A stretch of DNA of 64,000 nucleotides from Octopus vulgaris (Eukaryota). The notes beneath the pieces were generated by a model, which saw only the letters and a program-made list of their open reading frames with translations, was not told where the DNA came from and did no database searches. The stretch's first letter is position 1, and each line of letters starts with the position of its first letter. Below are positions 15,343 through 28,587 of the stretch, one piece after another. A program made the translations under genes and the position numbers. Location: the NCBI GenBank assembly GCA_951406725.2, contig OX597837.1:36208001-36272000 (forward strand), given 5' to 3'.

Positions 15343-15876
15343 GATGTTGATAATGTCTTTTGGACTGGCGATATGCAAAACCATTGGCAATAAAACGAGG
15401 CAGACTGCCCAGTGGAGCGAATGATTTGGAACTCTTGGCAAGGGTGGAGGGTGGAATTGATAACACACAGAAGCTAGACAGTTCCACATTCGACAAATAT
15501 TTGGACACAGTTTTTGTGTACGTGTGCGAAAGTTGTCTGGTGGAAAACGACAAATGAATATGATTCGAGAGAGTGTAAAAATGTTTATATTAAAAACAGT
15601 GAAAGGAAAAAAAAATCTCGTCAAAATACAAAGAATATATTTATGCCATTAACACAATAGTTGTGCCAGTTATATATTTATTATATGTGGTATTAGAGTG
15701 TAAGTTTAGGAGGCTTTCGTACGAGAAACTGGTTGAAATATTTATAAAAATATAGGGTACAGGTGCAGGCGAGGCTGTGTGTGAAGAAGTTTGCTGCCCA
15801 GCCACATGGTTCCAGGTTCAGTTCACTACGTGGAACTTTGAGCGAGTGTCTCCTGGTGTAGCTTCGGGCTATATAT

Positions 15877-15940
<64 letters not shown>

Positions 15941-15961
15941 ATACATATACATATATATACT

Positions 15962-16029
<68 letters not shown>

Positions 16030-16214
16030 CTCATACATACATATATATATGCATATACTTACATATATACACATACATATAAATATATATATATATACAT
16101 ACATATATATATACGTACATATATATATATATACATAGATACATATATACATACATATATATATATGAAAATATATACATACATACATATATATAATGAA
16201 AAGAAATGGCAGAA

Positions 16215-16612
16215 GGCGGCGAGCTGGCAGAAACGTTACGACGCCGGGTGAAATGTGTAGCCGGATTTCGTTTGCCGTTATGTTCTGAGTTCAAATTCCG
16301 CCGAGGTCGACTTTGCCTTTCACCCTTTCGGGGTCGATAAATTAAGTACCAGTTACGCATTGGGGTCGATCTAATCGACTTAATACCTATGTCTATCCTT
16401 GTTTGTCCCCCCCCTGCGTTTAGCCCCTTGTGGGTAGTAAAGAAATAGGTATTTCGTCTGCCGTTACGTTCTGATTGCAATATCCGCCGAGGTCGACTTT
16501 GCCTTTCATCCTATCGAGGTCGATACATTAAGTACCAGTTGCGTACTGGGGTCGATCTAAACGACTGACCACTTCCCCAAAAATTTCGGGCCTTGTGCCT
16601 AGAGTGGAAAAG
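16215..16612 (+). mobile_element. SINE family B (ggcggcgagctggcag head; gaggtcgactttgcctttcatcctttcggggtcgataaattaagtaccag central domain), dimer with two different tails
   Basis: First unit 16215-16447 ends gccccttgtgggtagtaaagaaata. The second, headless unit 16448-16612 ends aatttcgggccttgtgcctagagtggaaaaga. Confidence 0.85.
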
Positions 16613-18405
16613 AAAGAAAAGAAATGGGAAACTCGCGACCCACAACTTCTCGGAGTTTCTATTGTCATATTTTCTTTATCATTTCTTTCTTTGCCTGAAG
16701 AGAACATGCTCACCTGCCTAGTTTGTTAGGATCAGTCTCCTTTGGATTGGAATTAATAATAGATTCGTTAACATCAGGCCTGAGAGCGGGTTCACAGCAG
16801 CGAAGATTCCACCGTCACCTATTTGTTGATCATTTCTACCTTTTCCTGCAGAGGTTTACAGTCGTTTGCGTTTTTCGTCAAGATCAGGCGCCTTCGTAGT
16901 TTCTCTCTTCCCTGGTCCCATGTTGATGCCTACGAGCACGGAAATCCATATGAAATGATGTGCAGAACCCACCCACGCCGAATTTCAGGCCGTGTACTTA
17001 TAATAGAAAATATTTTTTTATGTAAGTGATGAGCTGCCTGAATCGTTTCTGTGCCTGGCAAAATGCTTTGCAGCATTTCGTCTGTCTATATGTTCTGAGT
17101 TCAAATTCCACCGAGGTCGACCTATACCTAAAAAAGAAAATAGCTGTCTCTAGTCACGAGGCAAAAAACCTGGCCTAAAAAAGGAGCAGCACAAGTAATA
17201 GCGCTTAGGACTAATGACGAAGTTGTTGTCCAGCGATATTTCAACAAGGAATGTGGAGAGGGAACAACTAAACTACGCACAGTGAAGCTTGTGCAACGTT
17301 CTACAGTTTATGCTATCCACCATCTTCAATAATCATTTCTAAAATTGACAGGAGGCCAATAATTTGGCGGGAATATAATGATGTGGTTGGAGTAAGTCTT
17401 TTCAGTATTTCATTACTGCAAGGATGAAATATGAAAGAGGACCCTAGCATGGTTTTGATTTGTTCTTGATGTTGTTGTTGTTGTTTGTTATGCTCTTTGC
17501 TCTGATGCACAAATGAAGACAGTGATGTTTAGCATTGACGCAAGGCCTGCGCTTGACGGTGGTGGCATAGAGGGTGAGGTTAAAAGTCGATTAATCTGCC
17601 GCCCCTCCCTCCTCCGTCCCAGTGGATTACTGGTATCTGCCCAGCTAACAGCAGAAGATCATTTTGGTCGCCCGATCTGCTAAAAAAAAGCAGTTAAATC
17701 CCTTTCAAATCACGCTCATACGCTCCTTGTAAGACGTAGCACTAAAGAGCTCAATGACCGAGAGGTGGAGGGCATGGTCGTAGATGGAACGCCTTTGATC
17801 ATATAATTACTCGTTCAGGAAGGGTCTGGGGTTAAATAACAACAACAACAACAACAACAACATTAAAAACAATTACAAAAAAGAAACAAGAAAAATAGTC
17901 CAACGATCTGTACATTTCTTACAGACTTCAGGACGATGAACCGCAAGGATGAACCCGAGCAGGATTTGAACTCGGGAAGGTAGAGTTATTGTGTAACACG
18001 GCACGATAACCTTCACCTTCCTACAAGTACAACACGGCCTTAATATATTTCAAGAATAGAAAAGCATTAAAAATGGAACAAGTTCATTTGAATTTTGTAA
18101 GCGAAACAAAACAACGCACGTAATTATATACAAGCTCACACTTGTGTATATACGCTATACAAACATAGGAGTATATATGTGTCTGTATACATGTATATGG
18201 CTGCGCAAGTATATGTATGTATATGTATGTATATGTATATTATATTATATATACATGTGTATATATAATATTATATATACATATAGAAGCACATACAACC
18301 ATATATATATATGTGTGTGTGTGTGTGTATGTATATAACTACATGCATATATTTGTACGTATATAAATATTCATGCAAACACACACATATATATATATAT
18401 GTGTA

Positions 18406-18444
<39 letters not shown>

Positions 18445-18590
18445 GGTATATATTTTTATACATCATATATAAACTTGTATGTGTATATATGTACGATTCT
18501 ACACACACATGTTTATGCATGAATATTTATATACGTACAAATATATGCATGTAGTTATATACATACATATATATATATGTATACATACAT

Positions 18591-18689
<99 letters not shown>

Positions 18690-18934
18690 GTATATGTGTA
18701 TGTTTTCAACTACGCATATACACACATATACACAGACGAGAGAAGAGGTACACATTTCGCATTGATACGATATGTGTTTCCCGGCTGATCTCCCCCGCGG
18801 CACCCCACCCATCGTCCCCCCATTCTCCCCCCGTACTCCTCATTATTATGCTAATGGGCAACGCTTTTACAATATTTCTAAATTAGCGTACCAACTGCTT
18901 TTGACCGAACACTATTAAAACAACATCGCCACTA

Positions 18935-18938
18935 TCAT

Positions 18939-18979
<41 letters not shown>

Positions 18980-19085
18980 GCGGCAACAGCAGCAGTGACA
19001 GCAGCATCGTTATCACCATCATCATCATCATCCTCATCGTCATCCTCCTCATCATCATCCTCATCATCATCATCCTCATCATTGC

Positions 19086-19136
<51 letters not shown>

Positions 19137-19600
19137 CAGCATCATCATCATCATCATCATCATCCTCATCCTCATCATCATCATCATCATCATCATTACC
19201 ATCATCATCATCCTCATGCTCATCATCATCATCATCATCATCATTACCATCATCATCATCATCCTCATCATCATCATCATTGTCATCATCAGCATCATCC
19301 TCATCATCATTATCATCATCCTCCTCCTCATCATCATCATCCTCCTGCCCCTCCTCATCATCATCATCAGCATCATCATCATCAGCAGCAGCATCATCAT
19401 CACCGTGATCGTCACCGTTATCATTGATAATAGCATCGCCGTCGTCGTTGCCACCCTTCACCCGCCATCCCGCCCCCACCACCATCATTATCATCGTCGT
19501 CGTCACCATCATCACGGACATCATCTCTGCCGCTGCCACCACCACCACCATCACCACCACCACCACCACCACCACCACCTTCATCATCATCATTGTCATC
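18935..19600 (+). repeat. (CAT/CAC/CAG)n low-complexity block
   Basis: Directly visible. Similar blocks at 10940-11640, 48255-48925 and 60975-61250. Confidence 0.9.
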
Positions 19601-19947
19601 ATGATAACTACGTCTTCTTTTTATATTTTTATAAAGCTTTCTAGCTTTATTTTTTTACTTTTATTCCCCGGTTCTTAAAGAATTTCATTGTTTTTTTTTG
19701 TTCTCTTTTCGGATTCGTTTTATTTTATTTAAAAACATTTTCTTAAAAATTTTATTTTAATAAATTTTGTATTGTAATCTATTATATATTTATTTTGTTT
19801 ATTTTTTGCTGTCAGTGTGTCTGTAACGGAAAGAGACCGTTCTCTAAGTGCGGGGCGGGGGGGGGGTAACGTTTGTGTCTATAATATATATATCTGTGTG
19901 TGTGCGTGTATTGCATATATGCATTTTTAAATAGCTATACGTATACA

Positions 19948-19981
<34 letters not shown>

Positions 19982-20121
19982 TATATATATAGACTTACTC
20001 ACACACACATATATATATATATGTATATGTTTATATATATGTTATTTCAATTTGATTTTTCTTTATGCTTGATGTATTTTTATTTTTTATATTTTTATCT
20101 TAATTTATATTTTTCTTTTCC

Positions 20122-20205
<84 letters not shown>

Positions 20206-20238
20206 TTTATTATCATCATCATTATTATTATCATTATT

Positions 20239-20279
<41 letters not shown>

Positions 20280-20289
20280 CATTATTATT

Positions 20290-20349
<60 letters not shown>

Positions 20350-20362
20350 CATTATTATTATT

Positions 20363-20395
<33 letters not shown>

Positions 20396-20925
20396 CATTA
20401 TTAATATTATTATTATTATTATTATTATTATTCAATATTATTATTATTATTATCATCATCATCACTATTATTATTATTATTATTATTACTATTATAATTA
20501 TTATTATTATTATTATACCAAGAGTTTCGGCAATGATGTTCTCTCACCGCTCTTCATCACATTACTACACCAACGGAATTACAATGCCATTAGTTTCGTC
20601 AGTGCTTTCATTGTCGTCGTCGTTGTCGTCGCTGCGGTCGCCATGGCCGCCATCATTATCGTTATCATTATCACCATTATCACCATCCTCATCCTCATCA
20701 TCATCATCATCACAATCATCATCATTATGAAATAAAAGGAAAATAAAGGAATCCCACCGCCAACCGGTGGTTGTTACACGCGGGTGACGAGTCAATATTC
20801 AGAAACTCGGGTCCGTGTGTATCACGTCAGGCTGGAGATGGGAACGGTGACTTCCCTTTGCAAATACTGATAGGGTACAGTGTGTTGATAGCCAGATAGA
20901 TGAGATGTTTTCCTGGGGCTACAGG

Positions 20926-21829
20926 CTCAAAAACAATTCACGTAGGCATAGAGGGAAAAATAGCGAAAGATCACTCGTAAATCGATTACTTGAGAACGCG
21001 TTTCTGGGTTAGTTAGATATAGAGATGCTAGAAATACATACCTATTCCAACATTCCTGTCATTAGCCCAAGATTTCGTTAAATTTAAATTTGAGAGCATT
21101 AAAAATCGAACATACCCGTCTGATTGGAGTAACCCCAGATGCATTGTCTGGGAGACTTTTCTTACAGTAGAGGAAATAGCTAAATTCTTTGGCTGCTATT
21201 TCTAAAAGTTCGGTGTGTGGTAAAGTAAATTTTTTTGATGAACCCTAATTATATAAAGTAATGTTTAAATATACCGTAAATGGTCTTTTTACATACTGAA
21301 GAGTGCTTGGTAAAATTATTAATTACTAATTAATTAATTTTACCCTTATTATTATTGACAATATAATTCTCTCCCTGATAATAAACTACAGATCCTTCTG
21401 TAGGAATTTGTTGCTCCATAACTTACGTGGGGGGACAGGGGAGGATGCAAAGCCTCATTCGTATGTTTTAAATTCGTTAGTACTGGTGGTCGAAGGTAGT
21501 TCGTCTGGGGTTACTCAAATCAGACGGGTATGTTCGATTTTTAATGCTCTCAAATTTAAATTTAACGAAATCTTGGGCTGACGACAGGAATGTTGGAATA
21601 GGTATGTATTTCTAGCGTCTCTATATCTAACTAACCCAGGAACGCGTTCTCAAGTAATCGATGTACGAGTGATCTTTCGTTATTTTTCCCTCTATGCCTA
21701 CGTGAATTGTTTTTGAGTATACATTGTTTGGGAGGCTCTTCTTATAGTAGAGGAAATAGCTAAATTCTTTGGCTGCTATTTCTAAAAGTTCGGTGTGTGG
21801 TAAAGTAAATTTTTTTGCTGAACCCTAAT

Positions 21830-21837
<8 letters not shown>
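20926..21837. repeat. Complex duplication: 214-bp inverted repeat (20926-21139 / 21504-21717) plus 118-bp direct repeat (21140-21257 / 21720-21837)
   Basis: Direct comparison shows near-identical arms in the arrangement A-B-spacer-A(rc)-B. Confidence 0.92.
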
Positions 21838-21873
<36 letters not shown>

Positions 21874-22414
21874 TGGATTCCACTGAAAGAAATAACATAA
21901 TAACGCGTGATTTGGCTACTAATGTTAGTAATCTCAGAAATCGAAGCTGAGTTTGTTGTCAGCACTAGTCCCTGTTTGGGTTACACCTCAACATCGGAAT
22001 TATCCAGGAGCATTTTAGTCAACTAATTGCAACTTAATTTTCCAGCTAATAGCCGTAACAATTCTACTAAGGCGCCTACTTATATCTAGTAATGTTGTAG
22101 CAAGAGTGACAGCCAACCAACCGATATGTTTGAGTGGCTGCCAGTCTAATACTGTTACAGCCGTTTGTGAATCTTGTAAAAATCATTTTAGAACCAAGCA
22201 GATGGTCGATAGTAAGAAATTCTGGGGAGAGCAGAACAGCAGAAGTTATTGAGAGAAGAAGGATCTCCTCAAAAGACTTTGGTCGGCCCGAGTTTGTAGT
22301 AGAATGCGCTTGCCTAATTGCCACGCAGTAGGACTGAACCCGGAACCATGTGGCTGGGAAGGTAACTCCTTACCACACAGCCACGCCTGCGCCAAGGGCA
22401 AATTGTTCCTTCTG

Positions 22415-22600
22415 TAAATCACTTCCATTCGTCCTTGATCTGATTCATTTAGAATTCTTCTCAGCTGCTTCTGCTATTGTGCTAAGAACTCTGGTTCGCT
22501 TTTTCCTAGAAACTGAGAACCGTTTCCTGAAATCATTGGCAAATTTGCCCACAAATCCTAAGTGGTATGGGCAGAACGCAACCAGATCGTAAGTCTTGGA
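22415..22600 (-). pseudogene. Possible C-terminal fragment of a HERO-like RLE retrotransposon
   Basis: Minus strand reads GFVGKFANDFRKRFSVSRKKRTRVLSTIAEAAEKNSK*I, resembling the GF...AAE..S.WI terminus of such elements. Short and decayed. Confidence 0.45.
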
Positions 22601-23114
22601 TACTTCCTGGGTGATCAAGGTACCCCAGAACCAAAGTCAAAGTACCTTGGAGATTGTAATCAGTTCAGTCTGAGACACATGTTCTCTCTTTTCTTTTGCT
22701 TTCCCTTGTTTCAGTCATTAGACTGCGGCCACGCTGGTTAAGAACAAACCCTTTCGCGCACACCTGCTATGGCGATGACTTTGGCTTGGAAACCAGAATC
22801 TCTCTATCTGATACCTAGGATTCTATGTTTTCTGTAGGCTTCTTCCATTCAGATTTTATATCTAACACACTTAGTTCAAACAGATTTACTTGTTTTGATG
22901 AATGCACCGATTTAGAAACGACACAGAAATCAATTAAGTGTCTATCCGGCCAACCTCTTCAACCAGTTTTACGTTTCAACAGGCCCTAATCAACTGGCCT
23001 CTCACACGTACCCTGCAATGTCATTCTGACATTACAGGTACGTGTAATTCACATCAGCGAATTCTCAAGGCTACAACACAATGTGTGATAAATTCAATGT
23101 AATATGAATAAATA

Positions 23115-23830
23115 GGTGCAGGCGTGGCTGTGTGGTTAGGAAGCTTGCTTTCCAACCACATGGTTCCGGGTTCAGTCCCACTGCGTTGTACCTTGGGCAA
23201 GTGTCTTCTACTATAGCCTCGGGCTGACCGAAATCTTGTGAGTGGACTTGGTAGATGGAAACTGAAAGAAGCCCGTCGTATGCGGTAAGAAACTTGCTTC
23301 CTAACCACATGGTTCCGGGTTCAGTCCCACTGCGTGGTACCTTGGGCAAGTGTCTTCTACTATAGCCTTGGGCCGACCAAAGCCTTGTGAGTGGACTTGG
23401 TAGATGGAAACTGAAAGAAGCCCGTCGTATGCGGTAAGAAACTTGCTTCCTAACCACATGGTTCCGGGTTCAGTCCCACTGCGTGGCACCTTGGGCAAGT
23501 GTCTTCTACTATAGCCTCGGGCCGACCGAAATCTTGTGAGTGGATTTGGTAGACGGAAACTGAAAGAAGCCCGTCGTATATACATATATGAATATGTGTG
23601 TGTGTGTGTGTGCGCGCGCGTGCGTGTTTGTTTGTCTGTGTTTGTCCCCACCATCATTGCTTGACAACCGATCGTGGTTTGCTTACGTCCCCGTAACCTA
23701 GCGGTTCGGCAAAGGAGACCGATAGAATAAGTATTAAGATTACAAATACTAAGTCCTGAGGTCAATTTGCTCGACTAAAGGCGGTGCTCTAGCATGGCCG
23801 CAGTCAAATGACTGAAACAAATGAAAAAAA
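23115..23830 (+). mobile_element. SINE family A with triplicated 149-bp 5' module
   Basis: Head module repeated at ~23132, 23281 and 23430, followed by a single 3' half. Confidence 0.9.
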
Positions 23831-23849
23831 CAACCGATATGGTTGCCGT

Positions 23850-24930
23850 TAATACTGCGTCCGGTCACGTGATTCCTGGGTTTAATCGTAATTGTTGTAA
23901 TATAATCATACCATGTTATGCTTTTCGGCCAATCGTTGAAAAGCCTCCCGCCATGTGATTTCTGAGGCCTAGCTATATTTAAACTTTCACCATGCGAATT
24001 CTAAAGTCAGTTATTTAGTTTCTACCGAGATTCCACGTGATTTCTACGTGACTTCCGGCGTTAGAAATCGATTTGCTTCTTGTCCCGTGAGTACCTCATA
24101 GTCAATCGCTGATTTGTCTCAAGTCACGGGATTGTTCCACGCGATTTTTGACGCTAGAAATTCATTTGTATATATCTTGCCGTCCGAGTATCTCGTAAGT
24201 CAATCGCTGATTTGTCTCAAGTCACGTGAGGGTTTATTTTAGTTGTTTGATGTTTTTAGGCTGATCTTTGGTTTGTTTTCCAGCGTAAGATTTCTAAACT
24301 CAATTATTGATCCGTCGCATTGCTTCTTGTCACGTTTGTTTCGTGGGTCAATCAATCAATCAAACATTAATCATTTTGTCCGTGATTCGTTAAACCAATC
24401 TTTGATTGGTCTCGAGTCACGTGACAGAGAGAAGTGTGGGGTGGCGAGAAATAAGTGGAGTAGCTTTACGAAACTAACCTTCAACTTTCCAAGCTGTCAA
24501 ACACACACACACACACACACATATTAACAACCAGGGAAAAGGAAAGGGGAGGAGGAGGAGGGGAGGAGGAGGAAACGGAAGGATCGGAGGACGAGAGAGG
24601 TGGGAGGACGGGAGATTATTTTACGTTTATAATTTCCCTAGCGGAAGTCATTAAAAATCGAACTGAATGCAACATACCACATACCATTTAATTAAAAAAA
24701 AAAGTTACTAATTAATTAACGAATCTCGTTATGGCAAACGCTGGAAAGACAGAAGTCAGCTTCCGGTGATCCGAATCCGTAGGTAACCCAGTTTTGATTC
24801 TCGGTTAAACTCAGTTCATATCGTATATGATATTATTAAATCTACCGAGAAAAATGCATGAAGGTCACACAATCTCATCCGCCCCCGCCCCGCCCTCTAA
24901 CTCTGTAACCTCCGCCCACTTAAGTTAAGA
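23850..24930. promoter_or_regulatory. Candidate promoter/enhancer island (E-boxes, CCAAT, ETS, GC boxes)
   Basis: CACGTG at 23866, 24034, 24223 and GTCACGTGAC at 24416-24425. Also CCAAT/ATTGG, ACTTCCGG at 24051, GCTTCCGG at ~24759, and ccgcccccgccccgccc at ~24879. Locally CpG-enriched. Motif evidence only. Confidence 0.4.
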
Positions 24931-25311
24931 AACCTCATTAATCAGAAGAGTTTAATTAATTGACTCCTCGCCTACAATTTAATTATCAGAAGAAACCGAA
25001 TCGATTTTTCACATTGGTTCCTGACAAATAATTCGTAAGGAAGAACGAGGTATAGATGACTGGTACTGATCGATTTTTTCCCGATGGCTGGTATTGATAT
25101 TTATTGGAAAAACCCCGGAAAGTGAAAATTTAAAAGCACCAAAACATGACAGACCCCACTGCGAGATTTGAACTCGAAACCTAAAGGGTTGAAAATTAAA
25201 TGAATATTAGTTTTAAAATTTGCCACAAAGCCAGCAATTTAGAGGAAGAAGTTAAGTCGATTACATCGACCCCAATATTCAGCTGGTACTTATTTTATCG
25301 AGCTCTGATAA

Positions 25312-26180
25312 CATAACTGTATAGCTAAGTCGGTGAACGTTGTTTTTTTTTTTGTTAACTATATAACTAGGTTAGTGAACATCCTAGGCATAGGAGTGGC
25401 TGTGTGGTAAGTAGCTTGCTTACGAACCACATGGTTCCGGGTTCAGTCTCACTGCGTGGCAACTTGGGCAAGTGTCTTCTGCTATAGCCACGGGCCGACC
25501 AAAGCCTTGTGAGTGGATTTGGTAGACGGAAACTGAAAGAAGCACATCGTATATATCTATGTGTGTGTGTGTATGTTTGTGTGTCTGTGTTTGTCCCCCC
25601 CAAAATCGCTTGACAACCGATGCTGGTGTGTTTACGTCCCCGTAACTTAGCGGTTCGGCAAAAGAGACCGATAGAATAAGTACTAGGCTTACAAAGAATA
25701 AGTCCTGGGGTCGATTTGCTCGACTAAAAAGGTGGTGCTCCAGCATGGCCACAGTCAAGTGACTGAAACAAGTAAAAGAGTAAAAGAGTAAAAGAGTATC
25801 TGAAATATACTCTCTGTCAACTGTGTAGTATTATTTGTTAACTGTACAGTAAGTTGGCGAACATCTGGGATGTGGTCTTTGTTAACTACACAGCTTAGTT
25901 GGTGAACGTCTAGGGTGTATTCTTCGTTAACTGTATAGCTTAGTTGGTGAACATCTATTCCTTGCTAACTACATCGCTAGATTAGTGAACGTTTACGATT
26001 TATTCTTTGTTAACTGTATAGCAATGCTAGTGATTATCATGTTAAATAAACTTGATGTTTCTTTTGTTTACTATATGTCTAGGTTTTTGAACAACTTGAA
26101 TGAGTTCTTTCATAAGTTTATAGCTATTTTGGTGATTGACATATTTATGTTTACAGTTTATTCCTAGTTAACTGTATAAC
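25312..26180 (+). repeat. Diverged ~40-45 bp minisatellite (gttaactgtatagcttagttggtgaacatct...) interrupted by a SINE
   Basis: Unit seen at ~25314, 25354, 25837, 25881, 25926, 25964 and 26008, fading by ~26180. Confidence 0.75.
25387..25796 (+). mobile_element. SINE family A, full length
   Basis: Pol III A-box-like tggctgtgtgg and B-box-like ggttcagtct, cttgggcaagtgtctt segment, internal (TG)n, tail gactgaaacaagt(aaaagagt)3. Confidence 0.92.
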
Positions 26181-26667
26181 CGAATCGTTTGCGTTGCTTG
26201 GTTAAACAAACAAGAAATAAACAGTTGTTATTACGCAACCATTTCAGATACCGTCATGTCAAACACGCAGGAAACATTGCCTGTTTACTTACAGCCGCCA
26301 TGTTGTTCTTGGTCACTGACTCGTAAAACACACACACACACACACACACACACAGGAAATACCTGTCGTTAACCGTGGTAGCAATGAAGGTAATTACTGT
26401 GTTACACAGATAGGTAGGCTTCACTCAGCATCGCAAAGAAACGTTAGTGAGTTTTTGGTGATAGCGTTCTTCCTATTCAACAGGATTGAGGTGTTCTTTC
26501 ATGTGAACTCCAAAGACTAGCTAGTGATTGTTGCGAGACAAGAAGTCTTTCATAATCGGCTATAAAGCCATATTGGATGCAATAAAAAGCCAGTAAATAT
26601 TTCCGATCGATCGATTTGCGAACAGTATAATATTTACACATATACACACACACACAATATGTATATG

Positions 26668-26718
<51 letters not shown>

Positions 26719-26909
26719 CTGTGTATTTATGCATATATATACATATACATTTATTCATACAGATGCACGCATACAGACACACACACGTAAGCACACGCAT
26801 ACACGCACACACATATACATATATGTACCCGTGTCTATATGTATGCATATATATATATATATATATGTGTGTGTGTATACATAAACATTTATACAGGCAC
26901 ACATACACG

Positions 26910-26958
<49 letters not shown>

Positions 26959-27088
26959 GCACAAACGTTTATTGTTTTAATGGTTTCAATCAATGGACTG
27001 TGGCCATGCTGGATCACCGCCTTATACATACACATACATGCGTATATACCATGTCCACACATGCATATACATCCATATGCATGTATGT

Positions 27089-27156
<68 letters not shown>

Positions 27157-27157
27157 G

Positions 27158-27203
<46 letters not shown>

Positions 27204-27299
27204 AAGAATTGTATACACAAACGCTCAAACACATACACACATACACAGACGCCTACAAAAACTAAAAAGAAAAAATCGATAAGTCGCAATAATAGAACA

Positions 27300-27497
27300 C
27301 AAAGAAAGAAAAGAAGAAACGAGGAAAGAGAGTAAGAAGGTAGAAAAGAAAGAAAGGAAGAAAGAATGGATGAAAGGAAGGAAGGAAGGAAGGAAGGAAG
27401 GAAGGAAGGAAGGAAAGAAACAAAGAAACAAAGAAAGAAAAAAGAAAGAAAAGATGAATGAAAGAAAGAAAGAAAGAAAGAAAGAAAGAGAGAAATA

Positions 27498-27548
<51 letters not shown>

Positions 27549-27726
27549 GAAGGAAGAAAGAAAGAAAGAAAGAAAGAAAGAGAGAAAGAAAGAGAGAAAG
27601 TAAGGAGGAATGAAGGAAGGAAAGGAAGGAAGGAAAAGCGAAAGGAAGAAAGAAGGAAAGAAGGAAAGAAAGAAAGAAAGAAAGAAAGATAGAAAGAAAG
27701 AAAGAAAGAAGGAAAGAAACAAAGAC

Positions 27727-27769
<43 letters not shown>

Positions 27770-27937
27770 AACAAAGACAGAAAGAAAGAAGGGGAAGGAA
27801 GGAAAGATAGAGAGAAAGAAAGAAAGAAGAAAAGAAAGAGAGAAAGAAAGAAAGAAGAAAAGAAAGAGAGAAAGAAAGAAAGAAGAATAGAAAGAGAGAA
27901 AGAAAGAAAGAAGAAAAGAAAGAGAGAAAGAAAGGAG

Positions 27938-27987
<50 letters not shown>

Positions 27988-27990
27988 AGG
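27300..27990 (+). repeat. (GAAA/GGAA)n purine-rich microsatellite
   Basis: Directly visible. Confidence 0.95.
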
Positions 27991-28555
27991 AGCTGCGTTT
28001 CACAAATGTGTCTTAATTTCATTAAACAGGAGATGTGCTAAGAATCCGCCGAGTGGAATCGGTATAATTCTGATAGAGAAGTCATCAGTGAGATTATTCC
28101 AGTCAATGGTGAAAATGGTAAAAATGGTGCTAAAAGTTACCGCAGCCTCCTCCTCCTCCCCTCCTCCCCTTCTTCCCCCACCTCTTCAGTTGATTGCATC
28201 CGTTTTTTTATTTTTTTATTTCGCAGATTCCTGCAGACAATGGATTCAGAATTCATCGGTCAAATATAGATTTAATCAAAAAAACAATGTATTCTAGTCA
28301 TTGTGAATATGGGCGGCGGTGGCGGCGGTGGCGGCGGCGGTGGCGGCGGCGGTGGCGGTGGTGGTGGTGGTAGTAGTAGTAGCTGGAAGGTGATGGTGGC
28401 GCTGGTAATAATAGTAGCAGTGGTGGTGGTGGTGGTGGTCGTCGTCGTCGTGGTGGTGGTGGTGGTCGTCGTCGTCGTCGTCGTGGTCGTGGTGGTCGTG
28501 GTGGTGGTGGTGGTCGTGGTATGGTGTGGTGGTGGTAGTCGTCGTCGTGTTGTTG

Positions 28556-28587
<32 letters not shown>

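Noticed and set aside
15345-15700. Possible piggyBac-like cysteine-rich C-terminus (KRGRL...YVCESC)
   Set aside because: Most expected cysteines are absent and no TTAA-bounded TIR is identifiable.
25800-26180. Repeat-spacer-like pattern suggestive of a CRISPR array
   Set aside because: Units are degenerate along their whole length, there are no unique spacers of constant size and no cas genes, and the context is eukaryotic.
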